Assembly: GCA_963801165.1 (NCBI GenBank) | Contig: CAWDDT010000011.1 | Span: 448,001 to 512,000, forward strand | Source: an uncultured bacterium | GTDB taxonomy: Bacteria > Actinomycetota > Acidimicrobiia > Spongiisociales > UBA5794 | Length of the DNA stretch: 64,000 nucleotides | Direction of reading: 5' to 3' | Part shown: positions 9,165-18,828 of the stretch, piece by piece | Position numbering within the stretch: position 1 is the stretch's first letter | How the letters are laid out: each line of letters begins with the position of its first letter | Notes under the pieces: model-generated | What the model was told of the DNA's origin: nothing | The model's input: only the letters and a program-made list of their open reading frames with translations | The model's database searches: none | Translations under genes and position numbers: made by a program

Positions 9165-9712
9165 AGCAGCACCTCGCGAGCGATCTGAAGCGCCGCCTCC
9201 CTGGTCAGGTCGGCAGAGGACCAGCGGCCCCCGATACGAGCCTCCCCCGGGCGCAGGGACGGGTCTCGCTGGATCGTCACTCCGGCGGGCAGAGCCACAA
9301 CACCCGATACCGAGTCCCAGTCCTGGGGATGGATTGCAACAACTATGTCTTCATCATCGAGGTTGGTGATCGCGTCCCGGATCCGGGCCCCCAGCGCTCC
9401 CCCGTCATCAGGCGGCAACTGGCCGACTGCGAACTCTGCGATCTCGAGCGCCACCCCGATCGTTTGATCGATATCGTTCGCACGCAGCTCACCGAGCAGC
9501 CGCACGGCATCGCGGAGGGCGGCATCGACGCGGGTGACGGCCCCCTCCATGTCGGATCGGCCGGCGGCGAAACCTTCGCGACGGCCGGCTTCGAACGCCT
9601 CGGCGCGAACGGCGTCGAGCAGCTCGGCGGTGGCGTCGTCGACAAACTGGCGCCCCTGGACGCTGTAGGCGGACGGTGCGGAAACGGACGGATTGCGGAT
9701 GACCCTATTCAA
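9161..9712 (-). CDS. fliH: flagellar assembly protein FliH
   Basis: GxxxG repeats (AFEAGRREGFAAG), IHPQD, DPSLRPGE; between fliG and fliI. Confidence 0.88.
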   Translation of the reverse strand: MNRVIRNPSVSAPSAYSVQGRQFVDDATAELLDAVRAEAFEAGRREGFAAGRSDMEGAVTRVDAALRDAVRLLGELRANDIDQTIGVALEIAEFAVGQLPPDDGGALGARIRDAITNLDDEDIVVAIHPQDWDSVSGVVALPAGVTIQRDPSLRPGEARIGGRWSSADLTREAALQIAREVLL

Positions 9713-10709
9713 TGAGCTCGTTCTCCTCGCCGCGGGAAATCACGATTTCCCCGGCCTCTTCGAGCTGGCGAACGGCGCCGATCACCTTGGTGCGCGCCAA
9801 ATCGACGTCGGTTCGGCGCACCGGGCCGAGCAGCTCGATCTCCTCGAGCAGACTCTCCTTCGCCCGCGTCGACATGTTGCGCATGATTGCGTCGGAGAGC
9901 TCGTCGTTGGCCCCTTTCATCGCCAGCGCCAGCTCCTGAGTGCTGACGTCCTGGAGGACCCGTTGGATCGATCGGTCGTCGAGAGTGACGATGTCATCGA
10001 ACACGAACATGAGAGCCCGCACCTCATCGGCGAGCTCCTCGTCGATGTCGCGGAGACGCTCCAGCACCGCTCGTTCGGTGGCGCGATCGGAGTTGTTGAG
10101 GACGTTGGCCAATTCCTTGACGCCGCCACGGGCGACCCCGGTTTCATCGGCGGCAACGGGACCGAGACGCCGCCTGAGCACGCTCTCGACCGATCGGATG
10201 ACCTCGCCGCTTATTCTCCCCATCTTCCCGACCCGAACGGCGACCTCGGCCTGGAAGTCCTCGTTGAACCTCTTGAGAACGGTGGCCGCATACGCCGCGG
10301 GCTGATGGGCGAGGATGACGGCAACGGTCTGCGGATGCTCCCCGCCGAGGACGTCGCCAAGCTGCTCGGCGTCGATCTGACGCACAAAGCCGAACGGCAC
10401 CGCCTCGAGATCGTTCATCATCCGCTCCAGCACCTGCGGCCCCTGCGTGCTGTTCCAATGCGACAGCATGTCACGGGCATAGTCAACACCGCCGGAAGCG
10501 AACACGTCGTTCGACTTCGTAGCGTCGTAGACCTCCTGGAACACGGCATCGATTACTTCCGGGCGCAGCCTGCCGATCTTGGCTACCTCTGTGGCGAGCT
10601 GCTCGACCTCTTGCTCGGTCAGGTGGTCCAGCATGCCCGATGCCGCCGTCGAACCGACGGCGACCACCAGGGCCGCGGCCTTCTGCTCGGGACGCAGTGA
10701 CGTACTCAT
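9705..10709 (-). CDS. fliG: flagellar motor switch protein FliG
   Basis: KAAAL, GGVDYA, EHPQTVA, MFVFDD, NMSTRA. Confidence 0.97.
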   Translation of the reverse strand: MSTSLRPEQKAAALVVAVGSTAASGMLDHLTEQEVEQLATEVAKIGRLRPEVIDAVFQEVYDATKSNDVFASGGVDYARDMLSHWNSTQGPQVLERMMNDLEAVPFGFVRQIDAEQLGDVLGGEHPQTVAVILAHQPAAYAATVLKRFNEDFQAEVAVRVGKMGRISGEVIRSVESVLRRRLGPVAADETGVARGGVKELANVLNNSDRATERAVLERLRDIDEELADEVRALMFVFDDIVTLDDRSIQRVLQDVSTQELALAMKGANDELSDAIMRNMSTRAKESLLEEIELLGPVRRTDVDLARTKVIGAVRQLEEAGEIVISRGEENELIE

Positions 10710-12217
10710 CGCCGGTCGGCCAACCAGCTTCGCAATAGCACCGCGATCTCCTCGGGTTGCCGCTGCACCAGGTTCATCACCTCAGGATGGATGCTGACGC
10801 CGCCATCGGTCTCGCCGGCGGGCACTGTCCCACCACCCAGGGCAGGCTGCACCACCTCGAGCGCTGCAACCCGCGATTTCTTGGAGGAGCCACGGGCCAT
10901 CATCAGCAAGGCACCCATCACGACGAGGAGTACTACCCCTCCGATGACCTGCGGGAGCATCGCCATTACATCCGTCGACGCCGCCGCAGGCGCCGTAGTG
11001 TCCTCGGTGACAACCTCGGGGGCCGGGAACGCGATGGTGGAGACCGAGATGGTGTCGCCTCGGGTCTGGTCGAGACCTACTGCGGCCGCCACCAGCGACT
11101 TGATCTCGTCGGAGGAGGGGATGGTGGTGCCGGTGAGAGAGCCGTCGTCCATCACGACTGCAACGGAGAGTTGTTCCACCTTGCCCGGCGCAGTGATCTC
11201 GTGGGAAATGACGTTGTCGACACCGTATTCGCGGACGACCTCGCTCCTGTCGTAGGTGTAATCGCCGTTTGAGTCGACCGTGATCTGCTGACCGTCGGTG
11301 CCCAGGGTCCCCCCGGACGGCGCCCCGGATCCCGCGTAGTTCTCGTCGACCGTCGATTCACGCAGAGCGACGGCGCCGTCCTGGGCGTAGGTTTGGGTGT
11401 CAACCGACTGCTCGTCGAAGTCGAGCCGGGCTCTGACCACCACCGAAGCAGCGTCCGAACCGACCACCGCCGTAAGCAGGTTCATGACATCGGTGGTCAG
11501 CGCCGACTCGAAGTCATGGGTCATCCGCAGGTTGCGGTTGCTGACGGCGCTGTCCTGGGCGATCTCACCTGCGGCGTGCAGGACGGTGCCATCCACGTTG
11601 GCCACCGTTACGTTGTCGGCATCGAGCCCTTCGACCCCGGAGGCGACGAGGAAGGTGACGGTCTCGGTGCCGAGCTCGCTCAAAGGTGTTGACGTCTCGA
11701 GCAGCACGGAGGCGGTCACCGGCTCCGCGGCGTCGGCGAACAGGGACTTCTCCGGGATGACCAGGTGGACGGTGGCTGCCGTGATGTCATCCATCGCCAA
11801 CAGCGTCTTTGCCATCTCACCCTCGAGGGCACGCTGGTAGTCCACCCGCTGGCGGAAGTCGGACACGTTGAGACCCTGGTCGTCGAGGATCGAGTAGCCC
11901 TCGGGCACGGCGCCATTCTGGACACCGGCGGTGGCCAGAGCGGCGCGGACCGTGTAGACCTCGGACTTGGGCACGAGGACGCGGGAACCGCCGCCCTCGA
12001 TCTCGTATGGCACACCTTGCCGATCCAGCTCGTCGACGACCGTGGAGAGAGTCGAATCGTCGAGGTTCGAGTAGAGGACGGTGTACGAGGGTGTGCTCAC
12101 CCATTTGAAGAACAGGAATGCCGCCATCACCAAAACGACACCGGCGATGCCAATGACTACCTGGTGGGCGAGTGGCAGCGAGACAAGCATGTCTCCGAGG
12201 CGGTTGCGACGCTCCAT
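10706..12217 (-). CDS. fliF: flagellar M-ring protein FliF
   Basis: YQRALEGEMAKT, ATVHLVIPEKSLF, PVTASV; two TM helices. Confidence 0.96.
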   Translation of the reverse strand: MERRNRLGDMLVSLPLAHQVVIGIAGVVLVMAAFLFFKWVSTPSYTVLYSNLDDSTLSTVVDELDRQGVPYEIEGGGSRVLVPKSEVYTVRAALATAGVQNGAVPEGYSILDDQGLNVSDFRQRVDYQRALEGEMAKTLLAMDDITAATVHLVIPEKSLFADAAEPVTASVLLETSTPLSELGTETVTFLVASGVEGLDADNVTVANVDGTVLHAAGEIAQDSAVSNRNLRMTHDFESALTTDVMNLLTAVVGSDAASVVVRARLDFDEQSVDTQTYAQDGAVALRESTVDENYAGSGAPSGGTLGTDGQQITVDSNGDYTYDRSEVVREYGVDNVISHEITAPGKVEQLSVAVVMDDGSLTGTTIPSSDEIKSLVAAAVGLDQTRGDTISVSTIAFPAPEVVTEDTTAPAAASTDVMAMLPQVIGGVVLLVVMGALLMMARGSSKKSRVAALEVVQPALGGGTVPAGETDGGVSIHPEVMNLVQRQPEEIAVLLRSWLADRR

Positions 12218-12218
12218 T

Positions 12219-12530
12219 TCAGATCTGCATCCTCATGATCTCTTGGTAGGCCTCGATGGCCTTGTTCCGAACCTGTACCAGCAGGTCAACGCTGAGCTGA
12301 GCCTTCGTCATCGACGTCATCAGCTCCTGGACGGAGGCATCGCCGCCGGTTGCGATGTTCTGTGCGATGGAATCGGCGCCGAACTCGGCATCCGAAACCG
12401 ACTGCAGTGCCGAGGCGATCTTGTCACCGAATCCGTCCGCTGCAGTGGGGGCTGTCGGCTGCTGGGCAGCGGCTACGCCCGGGGTTCCGGCAACGCCGGA
12501 GATGGGAGGCAACATCATCCTATTGTCCAA
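12219..12530 (-). CDS. fliE: flagellar hook-basal body protein FliE
   Basis: C-terminus QVRNKAIEAYQEIMRMQI. Confidence 0.96.
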   Translation of the reverse strand: MDNRMMLPPISGVAGTPGVAAAQQPTAPTAADGFGDKIASALQSVSDAEFGADSIAQNIATGGDASVQELMTSMTKAQLSVDLLVQVRNKAIEAYQEIMRMQI

Positions 12531-12924
12531 TCCTGAGTGCGGCCTGGTAGGTCTCCTCGTTGGTCTTGATGACCTGGAGATTCATCTGGTAACTCCGCTG
12601 GGCGGCGATCATGTCCGTCATCTCCTTGGAGAGATCCACAACCGGGCGAACCACATAGCCTTCTTCGTTGGCGAGCGGGTTGTCCGGATCGAAAACCACC
12701 ATCGGGTCGCCGTCTGAATCGAGGATCTCCACAGCGCGGGCACCTTCACCGACGCCATCACCGTCGAGCACCTCCTCAGCGTGGATCAGCTTCGCCCGGA
12801 ACGGCTCCTCGTCTGCCGAGCGAATCGTGTTGATGTTGGCGATGTTGTGAGCGATCGCCTGGAGCCAGAGCTGAGAAACGTCGGCTCCGCTGCGTGCGAT
12901 GTCGATTGCGTCGAAGGCACCCAC
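12520..12924 (-). CDS. flgC: basal-body rod protein FlgC
   Basis: GTG 12924 with RBS; IAHNIANINT, FDPDNPLANEEGYV, EMTDMIAAQRSYQMN. Confidence 0.94.
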   Translation of the reverse strand: MGAFDAIDIARSGADVSQLWLQAIAHNIANINTIRSADEEPFRAKLIHAEEVLDGDGVGEGARAVEILDSDGDPMVVFDPDNPLANEEGYVVRPVVDLSKEMTDMIAAQRSYQMNLQVIKTNEETYQAALRIGQ

Positions 12925-13280
12925 TACGAGGTCCTCCCAATCGCCGAGCGCAGCATCCCGGCTTTGAAGTTGAAAGCCTCGACCATTGCCTGTTGGAGCA
13001 GATTGGTCTGCATCATCTCGACGACCTCGTTCTCGAGGCTCACGTTGTTGCCGATGGCATCGCCCGGGGCGCCGGTACCGGCAATGTCGGGATCCTGGAT
13101 CCGCTCCACCCGGTCGCCGGCGAGAGCCCGCCGCAGCTGGTCCTCGAAGGAGACCCGTGAAGCTTTGAACCCGGGGACTTCGGAGTTGGCAACGTTGTTG
13201 GCGGTGACTTCGGCTCTGGTGTTGAGCGCATCCATGGCGTATTCGATTGCCGCCATCGTCTGGTCGGAGATCGGTACCAT
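12924..13280 (-). CDS. flgB: basal-body rod protein FlgB
   Basis: ANNVANSEVPGFKA, GNNVSLENE; ATG 13280 with RBS. Confidence 0.94.
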   Translation of the reverse strand: MVPISDQTMAAIEYAMDALNTRAEVTANNVANSEVPGFKASRVSFEDQLRRALAGDRVERIQDPDIAGTGAPGDAIGNNVSLENEVVEMMQTNLLQQAMVEAFNFKAGMLRSAIGRTS

Positions 13281-13378
13281 GTCGCCTTTCCTTCTCGTAG
13301 ACGCGAAAGGGAAGAACGCAGGTGCGTTCTTCCCTGAATGCTTCGCGAGATCCATCTCGTCTAAGTTGTTGTGCAACC

Positions 13379-13424
13379 CCGTCGGCCGGGTCGCTCACCG
13401 CATAAGGGCTAATACCGCATAAGG
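13379..13424 (-). promoter_or_regulatory. sigma28-like promoter of the flgB operon with a direct repeat
   Basis: TTAT-N15-GCCGACGG (13379-13405); ACCGCATAAGG at 13397-13407 and 13414-13424. Confidence 0.5.
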
Positions 13425-13459
13425 TCTAGTGAGGAGATAGCCGCCCCTGTCGAGGCTTC

Positions 13460-13729
13460 CTACCCCGTGTGGTGCGGGCTCTTCTCGACGACGGCGATGG
13501 CGGCAACGACCGCAACCGCGACCCTTGCTCTCTCCTTGGCCTTCTCGGCGTCGATTCGTTTCAGGATCCGTCCCATATCTGACGACGAGTAGCCGGGGTG
13601 CAGTTTCGACAAGGTGAGGGCTATCACGTCGTCGCGGCACGGCCCGCAGGTCTGGATATGGTCGTGGCCGGTCAAGAGGCGGTCGACTGTCGCCGGGACT
13701 ATCTGCTCTAGATCGTTGGTTACTGACAT
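13460..13729 (-). CDS. ComFB (late competence development) family protein
   Basis: 89 aa from ATG 13729 with RBS GAGGTG: MSVTNDLEQIV...TCGPCRDDVIALTLSKLHPGY...VEKSPHH, matching the ComFB pattern N-x2-E...C-x2-C-x2-D-x2-A-L...P-x-Y...P-x-H. Confidence 0.82.
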   Translation of the reverse strand: MSVTNDLEQIVPATVDRLLTGHDHIQTCGPCRDDVIALTLSKLHPGYSSSDMGRILKRIDAEKAKERARVAVAVVAAIAVVEKSPHHTG

Positions 13730-13814
13730 TGAAATCACCTCGTGGTGCGATGGTGCCGGCATGACGCCCGGCACCCCGGGTTGTTGCGAGACTGGAGGAA
13801 ACTCCACACCTTCT

Positions 13815-14282
13815 CTAGGCCTTTCCCGAATGCGAGCTGAAAGCCCCGTCATCGAACCGAAGCGAGGCACGGCGGGCACTCGTGCCCCCCACGCACGATG
13901 CGTCGGGCCGGAAACCGTGCTTGCGGAGGAGTTGGATCGCGAGATCGGTGTTGCGCTCTCCGATGCCTGCCGACTCGGAGTTGCCGCCGAACGTGAACAT
14001 CTGGGCACCCCCTACCACCCATGCCTTGCACCGTATCTTGGCGATTCCGGCTTCTGCCAGCTTATCCAGAAGGAACGGGACGGCCGTCTCCACGTACTTG
14101 CCCGGCTGATCGGGCACCTCCCCGGCCCGTGGCTGAGCGAGCAAGGAGTGGGCGGCGACGGCGAATTTCCCCGGCATGGCGATAAAGATCCCGGCGCAGC
14201 TGCCGAGACCGATCATCTCGATCACGTCACCGGGATCGGTGGCGACCGCGGTCTGCCCGATGCTCACAACATATCTCGCCAT
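13815..14282 (-). CDS. cheD: chemoreceptor glutamine deamidase CheD
   Basis: GLGSCAGI, AHSLL, PGKY, VGGAQMF, IGERN, VGG. Confidence 0.95.
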   Translation of the reverse strand: MARYVVSIGQTAVATDPGDVIEMIGLGSCAGIFIAMPGKFAVAAHSLLAQPRAGEVPDQPGKYVETAVPFLLDKLAEAGIAKIRCKAWVVGGAQMFTFGGNSESAGIGERNTDLAIQLLRKHGFRPDASCVGGTSARRASLRFDDGAFSSHSGKA

Positions 14283-14845
14283 CAGACAAGGGACTCCACA
14301 TGTCGCAGCGACGATGGACCGGGGAAGTAGACGAGCTCGGCAGGAGCACGCCCGTCATTGAGACGGAGCCAGCAGCGCACCAGCGTGTAGGGCTCGGTGT
14401 CGGACGCCATCGCCAGCACGGTCTCCATGATCGCCGCCCGGCTGCCACTTGCGGTCGCCGGGGGCTCGTAGTGGCCCTGTAGTCCGAACATCGAGCCGAT
14501 AGCCTCGAGGAAGCGGGCGGCAAAGATGTTGCCGATCTCTCCTATGGCCGCCGCTTCGAGCTCAAGAGGAGCGCCCAGAGCCGCAAGGTAGGGGGCGGGG
14601 TCTTCGATGAAGAGCGTGATCACACCGTCGAGATCCCCGCTGCACGCGAGAAGCACCACAGCTGTGTTCGGGCTCCGACCACTAATCAGCAGCTCGCAGG
14701 CAGTAGGTAGGTCGACCTGGTAGGCGACCGGCGGGTCGAGGGTCACCTGTGAGTGCAGGAACCCGGCAAGCGCGGTGGCGGCGTTCCCGGTCCCGATGTT
14801 TGCTATCTCGCTGTAGGCCTCGAGATACCGATCTTGAGCCACCAT
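14282..14845 (-). CDS. cheC: CheY-P phosphatase CheC
   Basis: Two E-x-x-N motifs (SEIANIGTGNAATAL and GEIGNI); adjacent to cheD. Confidence 0.92.
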   Translation of the reverse strand: MVAQDRYLEAYSEIANIGTGNAATALAGFLHSQVTLDPPVAYQVDLPTACELLISGRSPNTAVVLLACSGDLDGVITLFIEDPAPYLAALGAPLELEAAAIGEIGNIFAARFLEAIGSMFGLQGHYEPPATASGSRAAIMETVLAMASDTEPYTLVRCWLRLNDGRAPAELVYFPGPSSLRHVESLV

Positions 14846-14904
14846 TTGTGATTCTCCTCGATTGAGTCCGGCACGTCGGTCAGGAAATGAGCCGGCTCTG
14901 CACC

Positions 14905-14931
14905 CTGTCGGCCGGTGCCCAAATAGGGAAA
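14905..14931 (-). promoter_or_regulatory. weak sigma28-like promoter for cheC-cheD-comFB
   Basis: TTTC-N15-GCCGACAG. Confidence 0.4.
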
Positions 14932-15016
14932 GTGGAATCTTCCGCCACCTCGACGGTCAAGGCAATCCGATCGCAGAGAGCCGCACCATTGCATAGGGGT
15001 GCGCGCGTTGGTCTGC

Positions 15017-15043
15017 TTTAGCGTTCCAACCAACGGCCGACTT
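15017..15043 (+). promoter_or_regulatory. sigma28-like promoter for the fliM-che operon
   Basis: TTTA-N15-GCCGACTT, 20 nt before the fliM start. Confidence 0.55.
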
Positions 15044-15063
15044 TGAGCAGGTAGTCGCAACCA

Positions 15064-16008
15064 GTGAAGGCGCCTGTGCCCCAGAAAACCCTCAGTCAGA
15101 GTCAAATCGACGCACTCATCGCTGCCGCGGGCAGAAAGGTCGAGCCCTACGACTATCACGTCGGCAAGGCGTTCGACAGCGGAACCGTTGCCGAGATCTC
15201 GTCGCTTCACAAAGCGTTCGCCACAGAGCTCGCCGCACGACTCACCGCGCTGCTACAAGTGCCTGTCCTGGTCGAGGATCAGGGAATCGATCAGGCCCGG
15301 TTCGAGTCCTACGTAAATGCTCTGCCCAGCCCGACCATGGTCGGTGTCATCTCTTTGCGCCCCGGCGACTACATGGCCGTCACCGATATCGCCAACCATC
15401 TCGGCTTCGCCATGCTCGACGTGCTGCTCGGCGGGACCGGTCGACCGGCAGGCTTCCGCGCCTTCACAGATCTGGAAGCCATCCTCCTCGGCGAGATCAT
15501 CGAAAAGATCGGCTGGGCCGTACGTGCGGCCTTCGAGACTCACATCGTGTTCGAGCCGTCGGTCGCAGAGATCCAGTCCCGACCAGCGATAGGCCACGTG
15601 TCGGTTGCCTCCGACTCTGTCCTCATCCAATCGTTTCGGGTACGGCTCGACGCCCCATACGCCAGTGAGGGAATCCTCAGCATCTGCTACCCCCGCAGGC
15701 TTCTCGAGGCCATCCTCGAGAATCGCCCCGGTAGGGAACGGGCCGAGGACGATGGGACGACCAACGGAGCAACTGCCAACAAGGTCGAGGAAGCACCAGT
15801 CCATCTGAGTGCTCGAATCAACGGAGCCACCCTCACGCTCAGTGAGCTGTCGCTCCTCCAGCCGGGCGACGTAGTCGTGCTCGGGAACCCCGTCGACGAG
15901 CCGGCCATGGTCTCCGCCGGCGGCGTCAAATTGTTCACAGGCGAGGTTGGCCGTCACAACGGCCACGTCGCCCTCCGTATCGGCAAATGGATGCGCAATG
16001 ACCACTGA
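15064..16008 (+). CDS. fliM: flagellar motor switch protein FliM
   Basis: LSQSQIDALI CheY-binding motif, LLGGTG, FTDLE, C-terminal SpoA domain. Confidence 0.95.
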   Translation: MKAPVPQKTLSQSQIDALIAAAGRKVEPYDYHVGKAFDSGTVAEISSLHKAFATELAARLTALLQVPVLVEDQGIDQARFESYVNALPSPTMVGVISLRPGDYMAVTDIANHLGFAMLDVLLGGTGRPAGFRAFTDLEAILLGEIIEKIGWAVRAAFETHIVFEPSVAEIQSRPAIGHVSVASDSVLIQSFRVRLDAPYASEGILSICYPRRLLEAILENRPGRERAEDDGTTNGATANKVEEAPVHLSARINGATLTLSELSLLQPGDVVVLGNPVDEPAMVSAGGVKLFTGEVGRHNGHVALRIGKWMRNDH

Positions 16009-16906
16009 AATCAATCAGCAAGCGACGCCCGGTCTCGCAGGCGCGGCGGCAGCCATGATCGGGGGTTCCGCCAAGAACCTCGGCCAGCTGCTCGGAGTGC
16101 CTGTTGAGTTCACACTGCTCGAGATCGGCGACGCCAAGACTCATGTACCGGAAATCATCGAGGAGGGCGTGCACCTCAGCGTCGACTTCACCGGGGCCCT
16201 CTCCGGCGACTCGTGGCTGGTCGTGTCTTCGGAGGACGCCAAGACCATCGTCAGGATCATGACCAAGGGCATGGGCGTCAACGAGGAGGACCTGTTGGGC
16301 GAGCTGGGCATGTCGGCCTTGTCGGAGGCGATGAACCAGCTGATGGCCGGAGCCGCCACCGCGCTCAGCGACGGGCTGGGTGAACGTATCGACATCTCCC
16401 CGCCGACGATCTCGACCAACCCGGAACCTACAGAGGACGAGGGCGATGCGATTGTCGTCACCTACCAGGGCGAAATCGGCGGGCAGGCCCGGTCCAAGGT
16501 CTACTGGAAGATCGACCGCGAGCTCGCCGCGAGCCTCGGCACTCGCTGGCTCGCCTCTACAGCCGAGGAGCCGCCGGCTGCGGTGACCGAACAGCCCGCG
16601 ACACCGGCGGCGCCGACTCCGGCCGTCGCTCAGACCGCTCCGACCGCCTCGGTCGCACCGCTGGGTGGGGGCGTCCTCGGCTCTGTCGAGCTGGACATAG
16701 CCGTCGAGCTCGGAAACGTCTCGATGACCATCGGCCAGCTTCTCCGGATGGGAGAAGGCAGCGTCGTGACCCTCAACCAATCTGTCGGAGACAACGTCGT
16801 CATGCTCGCCAACGGCACCCGCGTGGCGAGTGGGGAAGTCGTCATTGTCGACGGCACTCTTGGGTTCCGCGTCGCGGAGCTCATCACGGAAGCCAAAGGA
16901 GCGTAA
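15998..16906 (+). CDS. fliY: FliY-like switch protein (CheC-like domain + SpoA)
   Basis: SALSEAMNQLMAGAATALS...IDISPP; Pro/Ala linker; C-terminal FliN-like domain. Confidence 0.85.
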   Translation: MTTEINQQATPGLAGAAAAMIGGSAKNLGQLLGVPVEFTLLEIGDAKTHVPEIIEEGVHLSVDFTGALSGDSWLVVSSEDAKTIVRIMTKGMGVNEEDLLGELGMSALSEAMNQLMAGAATALSDGLGERIDISPPTISTNPEPTEDEGDAIVVTYQGEIGGQARSKVYWKIDRELAASLGTRWLASTAEEPPAAVTEQPATPAAPTPAVAQTAPTASVAPLGGGVLGSVELDIAVELGNVSMTIGQLLRMGEGSVVTLNQSVGDNVVMLANGTRVASGEVVIVDGTLGFRVAELITEAKGA

Positions 16907-16912
16907 CGGGAC

Positions 16913-17272
16913 ATGGCAAGGATAATGATCGTCGACGACAACGCATTCATGCGTAGCACGATAAAGGGGGTGTTGACCCAGGCAGGCTTCGATATCGCCG
17001 CGGAAGCGACGGATGGAGCCGAGGCGGTCAGCACCTACGCGACAGCACAGCCTGATCTCGTCACCATGGACATCACAATGCCCAACATGGACGGGGTCGA
17101 AGCCCTCAAAGAGCTGCTCAAGGCAGACCCCGGAGCCAAGGTAGTGATGGTTTCTGCGATGGGCCAGGAGTCGCTGGTTGTCGAAGCAGTCACCGCAGGC
17201 GCAGTCGATTTTGTCATCAAGCCGTTCGAGCCGGATCGTGTCGTCGACGCGATCAACAAAGCCCTGGCTTGA
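16913..17272 (+). CDS. cheY: chemotaxis response regulator CheY
   Basis: IVDD, MDITMPNMDG, SAMGQ, KPF; Bacillus/Thermotoga-type. Confidence 0.95.
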   Translation: MARIMIVDDNAFMRSTIKGVLTQAGFDIAAEATDGAEAVSTYATAQPDLVTMDITMPNMDGVEALKELLKADPGAKVVMVSAMGQESLVVEAVTAGAVDFVIKPFEPDRVVDAINKALA

Positions 17273-17295
17273 GCGTCATTCAAATGGAGGAAACA

Positions 17296-17781
17296 ATGCA
17301 AGCGATTGAGAAGCAGGATCAACTGCAGCTCGTTGCCTTCCGGCTCGGGGCCGAGGAGTACGCGATCCCGATCGAGATGGTGGAGAGCATCATCAAGCTC
17401 GGACCGTTGACCAGTGTCCCCGGCTCGCCGTCATATGTGCGCGGCGTCATGAACCTGCGGGGACGCATCATGTCTGTCATCGACCTCCGGCACCGTTTCG
17501 GAATGCCCTCCGAAGCGGATCAGCCGGATGGCCGGATCCTCGTTGTCCAGTACGGCGACACGACCATCGGGTTGCTCGTCGACAGTGTCTCGGAGGTGTT
17601 CAACCTGGACGAGATGGAGTTCCAGCCGCCGCCACCGGAACTGGGCAACGGTGCCGTCGGCGGAGTCGACGGGATTGTACATGCCGGCAACCGGCTGATC
17701 GTCCTGCTCAACGTGGAATCCATTCTCCGCTCCACCGCGGACATCGAGTCCGCGGGTGATATGGCGACCACCACGTCATGA
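17296..17781 (+). CDS. cheW: chemotaxis adaptor CheW
   Basis: GVMNLRGRIMSVIDL, GLLVDSV; ATG 17296 has RBS GGAGG. Confidence 0.95.
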   Translation: MQAIEKQDQLQLVAFRLGAEEYAIPIEMVESIIKLGPLTSVPGSPSYVRGVMNLRGRIMSVIDLRHRFGMPSEADQPDGRILVVQYGDTTIGLLVDSVSEVFNLDEMEFQPPPPELGNGAVGGVDGIVHAGNRLIVLLNVESILRSTADIESAGDMATTTS

Positions 17782-18827
17782 ACACGACGAGCCGTGTTGT
17801 AGTTGTCGACGACTCTGCCATGATGCGGCAGACGGTATCTGACGCCCTCACCGCCATACGCGGTGTTGAGATCGTGGCCGTTGCGGCCAGCGGTCCCGAA
17901 GCCGTCAGAGTCATCGCCGAGTACAAGCCCGATATCGTTTCCCTCGATATCGAGCTTCCCGGACTGAATGGTCTCGGGGTCCTCCAAAAGACGATGCAAG
18001 ACAATCCGACACGGGTCGTTCTGGTGTCTGCTCACACCACGGCAGGTGCGGAAACAACGATCGAGGGGCTCGCCCTCGGTGCGCTCGACTTTGTGCCGAA
18101 GCCGAGCGCTACGGAAGGCATCGACGTCTTCCGGGTTCGGCTGCGAAGAACGTTCCGGGCGGCTCTTGCCGCCAAGCTCCCTCAGCCGGCCTCGGCGACG
18201 CGAGCGCCGATCGTCGGCGAAATCGCACCCCTGCGACCTACGTCGCTCGCCGTGATCGCTTCCTCGACAGGAGGACCACAGGCGCTCCATGACTTCTTCT
18301 CGGCGTTCACCAGGACGCCCCCGTTCCCTATCGCTGTTGTCCAGCACATGCCTCCCACGTTCACGGCGAAGATGGCTGAGCGTCTCGATCGAATCGGCGT
18401 TGTCGCAGTTGCCGAGGCGCAAGACGGTGATCGTCTCGAGCGGGGCAGGGCGCTGATCGCTCCCGGTCACGCTCACCTGGAGATCCATGGGGACCGGGTC
18501 AGGTTGAGCGACAGCCCGCCTGTGGGTGGTCTCCGCCCCCGCGCCGACATCGCCATGACCACGGCCGTTGAGCACTACGGCGAGCACATGATCGCAATGG
18601 TGATGACCGGGATGGGCACCGACGGGCTGATCGGTTGCCGCGACGTCAAGCGCTCCGGTGGCCAGATCATCGCCCAGGATGGCCCTTCCTCGACCGTGGA
18701 CGGCATGCCGCGCGCCATCCGCAACGCCGGTATCGCCGATCGGATCGGCCCACCCCATGTCATGGCCAGGATCCTCGAGGCGACTCCGGCAGAGCCGAGA
18801 CGCCTCGCCCCGGCGGAAAGGCTGTGA
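17778..18827 (+). CDS. cheB: chemotaxis methylesterase CheB
   Basis: Receiver domain plus ASSTGG, QHMP, TGMGTDG catalytic triad. Confidence 0.96.
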   Translation: MNTTSRVVVVDDSAMMRQTVSDALTAIRGVEIVAVAASGPEAVRVIAEYKPDIVSLDIELPGLNGLGVLQKTMQDNPTRVVLVSAHTTAGAETTIEGLALGALDFVPKPSATEGIDVFRVRLRRTFRAALAAKLPQPASATRAPIVGEIAPLRPTSLAVIASSTGGPQALHDFFSAFTRTPPFPIAVVQHMPPTFTAKMAERLDRIGVVAVAEAQDGDRLERGRALIAPGHAHLEIHGDRVRLSDSPPVGGLRPRADIAMTTAVEHYGEHMIAMVMTGMGTDGLIGCRDVKRSGGQIIAQDGPSSTVDGMPRAIRNAGIADRIGPPHVMARILEATPAEPRRLAPAERL

Positions 18828-18828
18828 T

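Noticed and set aside
7411-13398. Apparent long N-terminal extensions on FliJ (to 8448) and FlgC (to 13398)
   Set aside because: They overlap fliI and flgB in other frames; better starts are at 7848 and 12924.
14846-15063. c-di-GMP riboswitch in the divergent cheC/fliM region
   Set aside because: Only fragmentary resemblance; I could not build the GEMM-I or GEMM-II stems. An Rfam scan would settle it.
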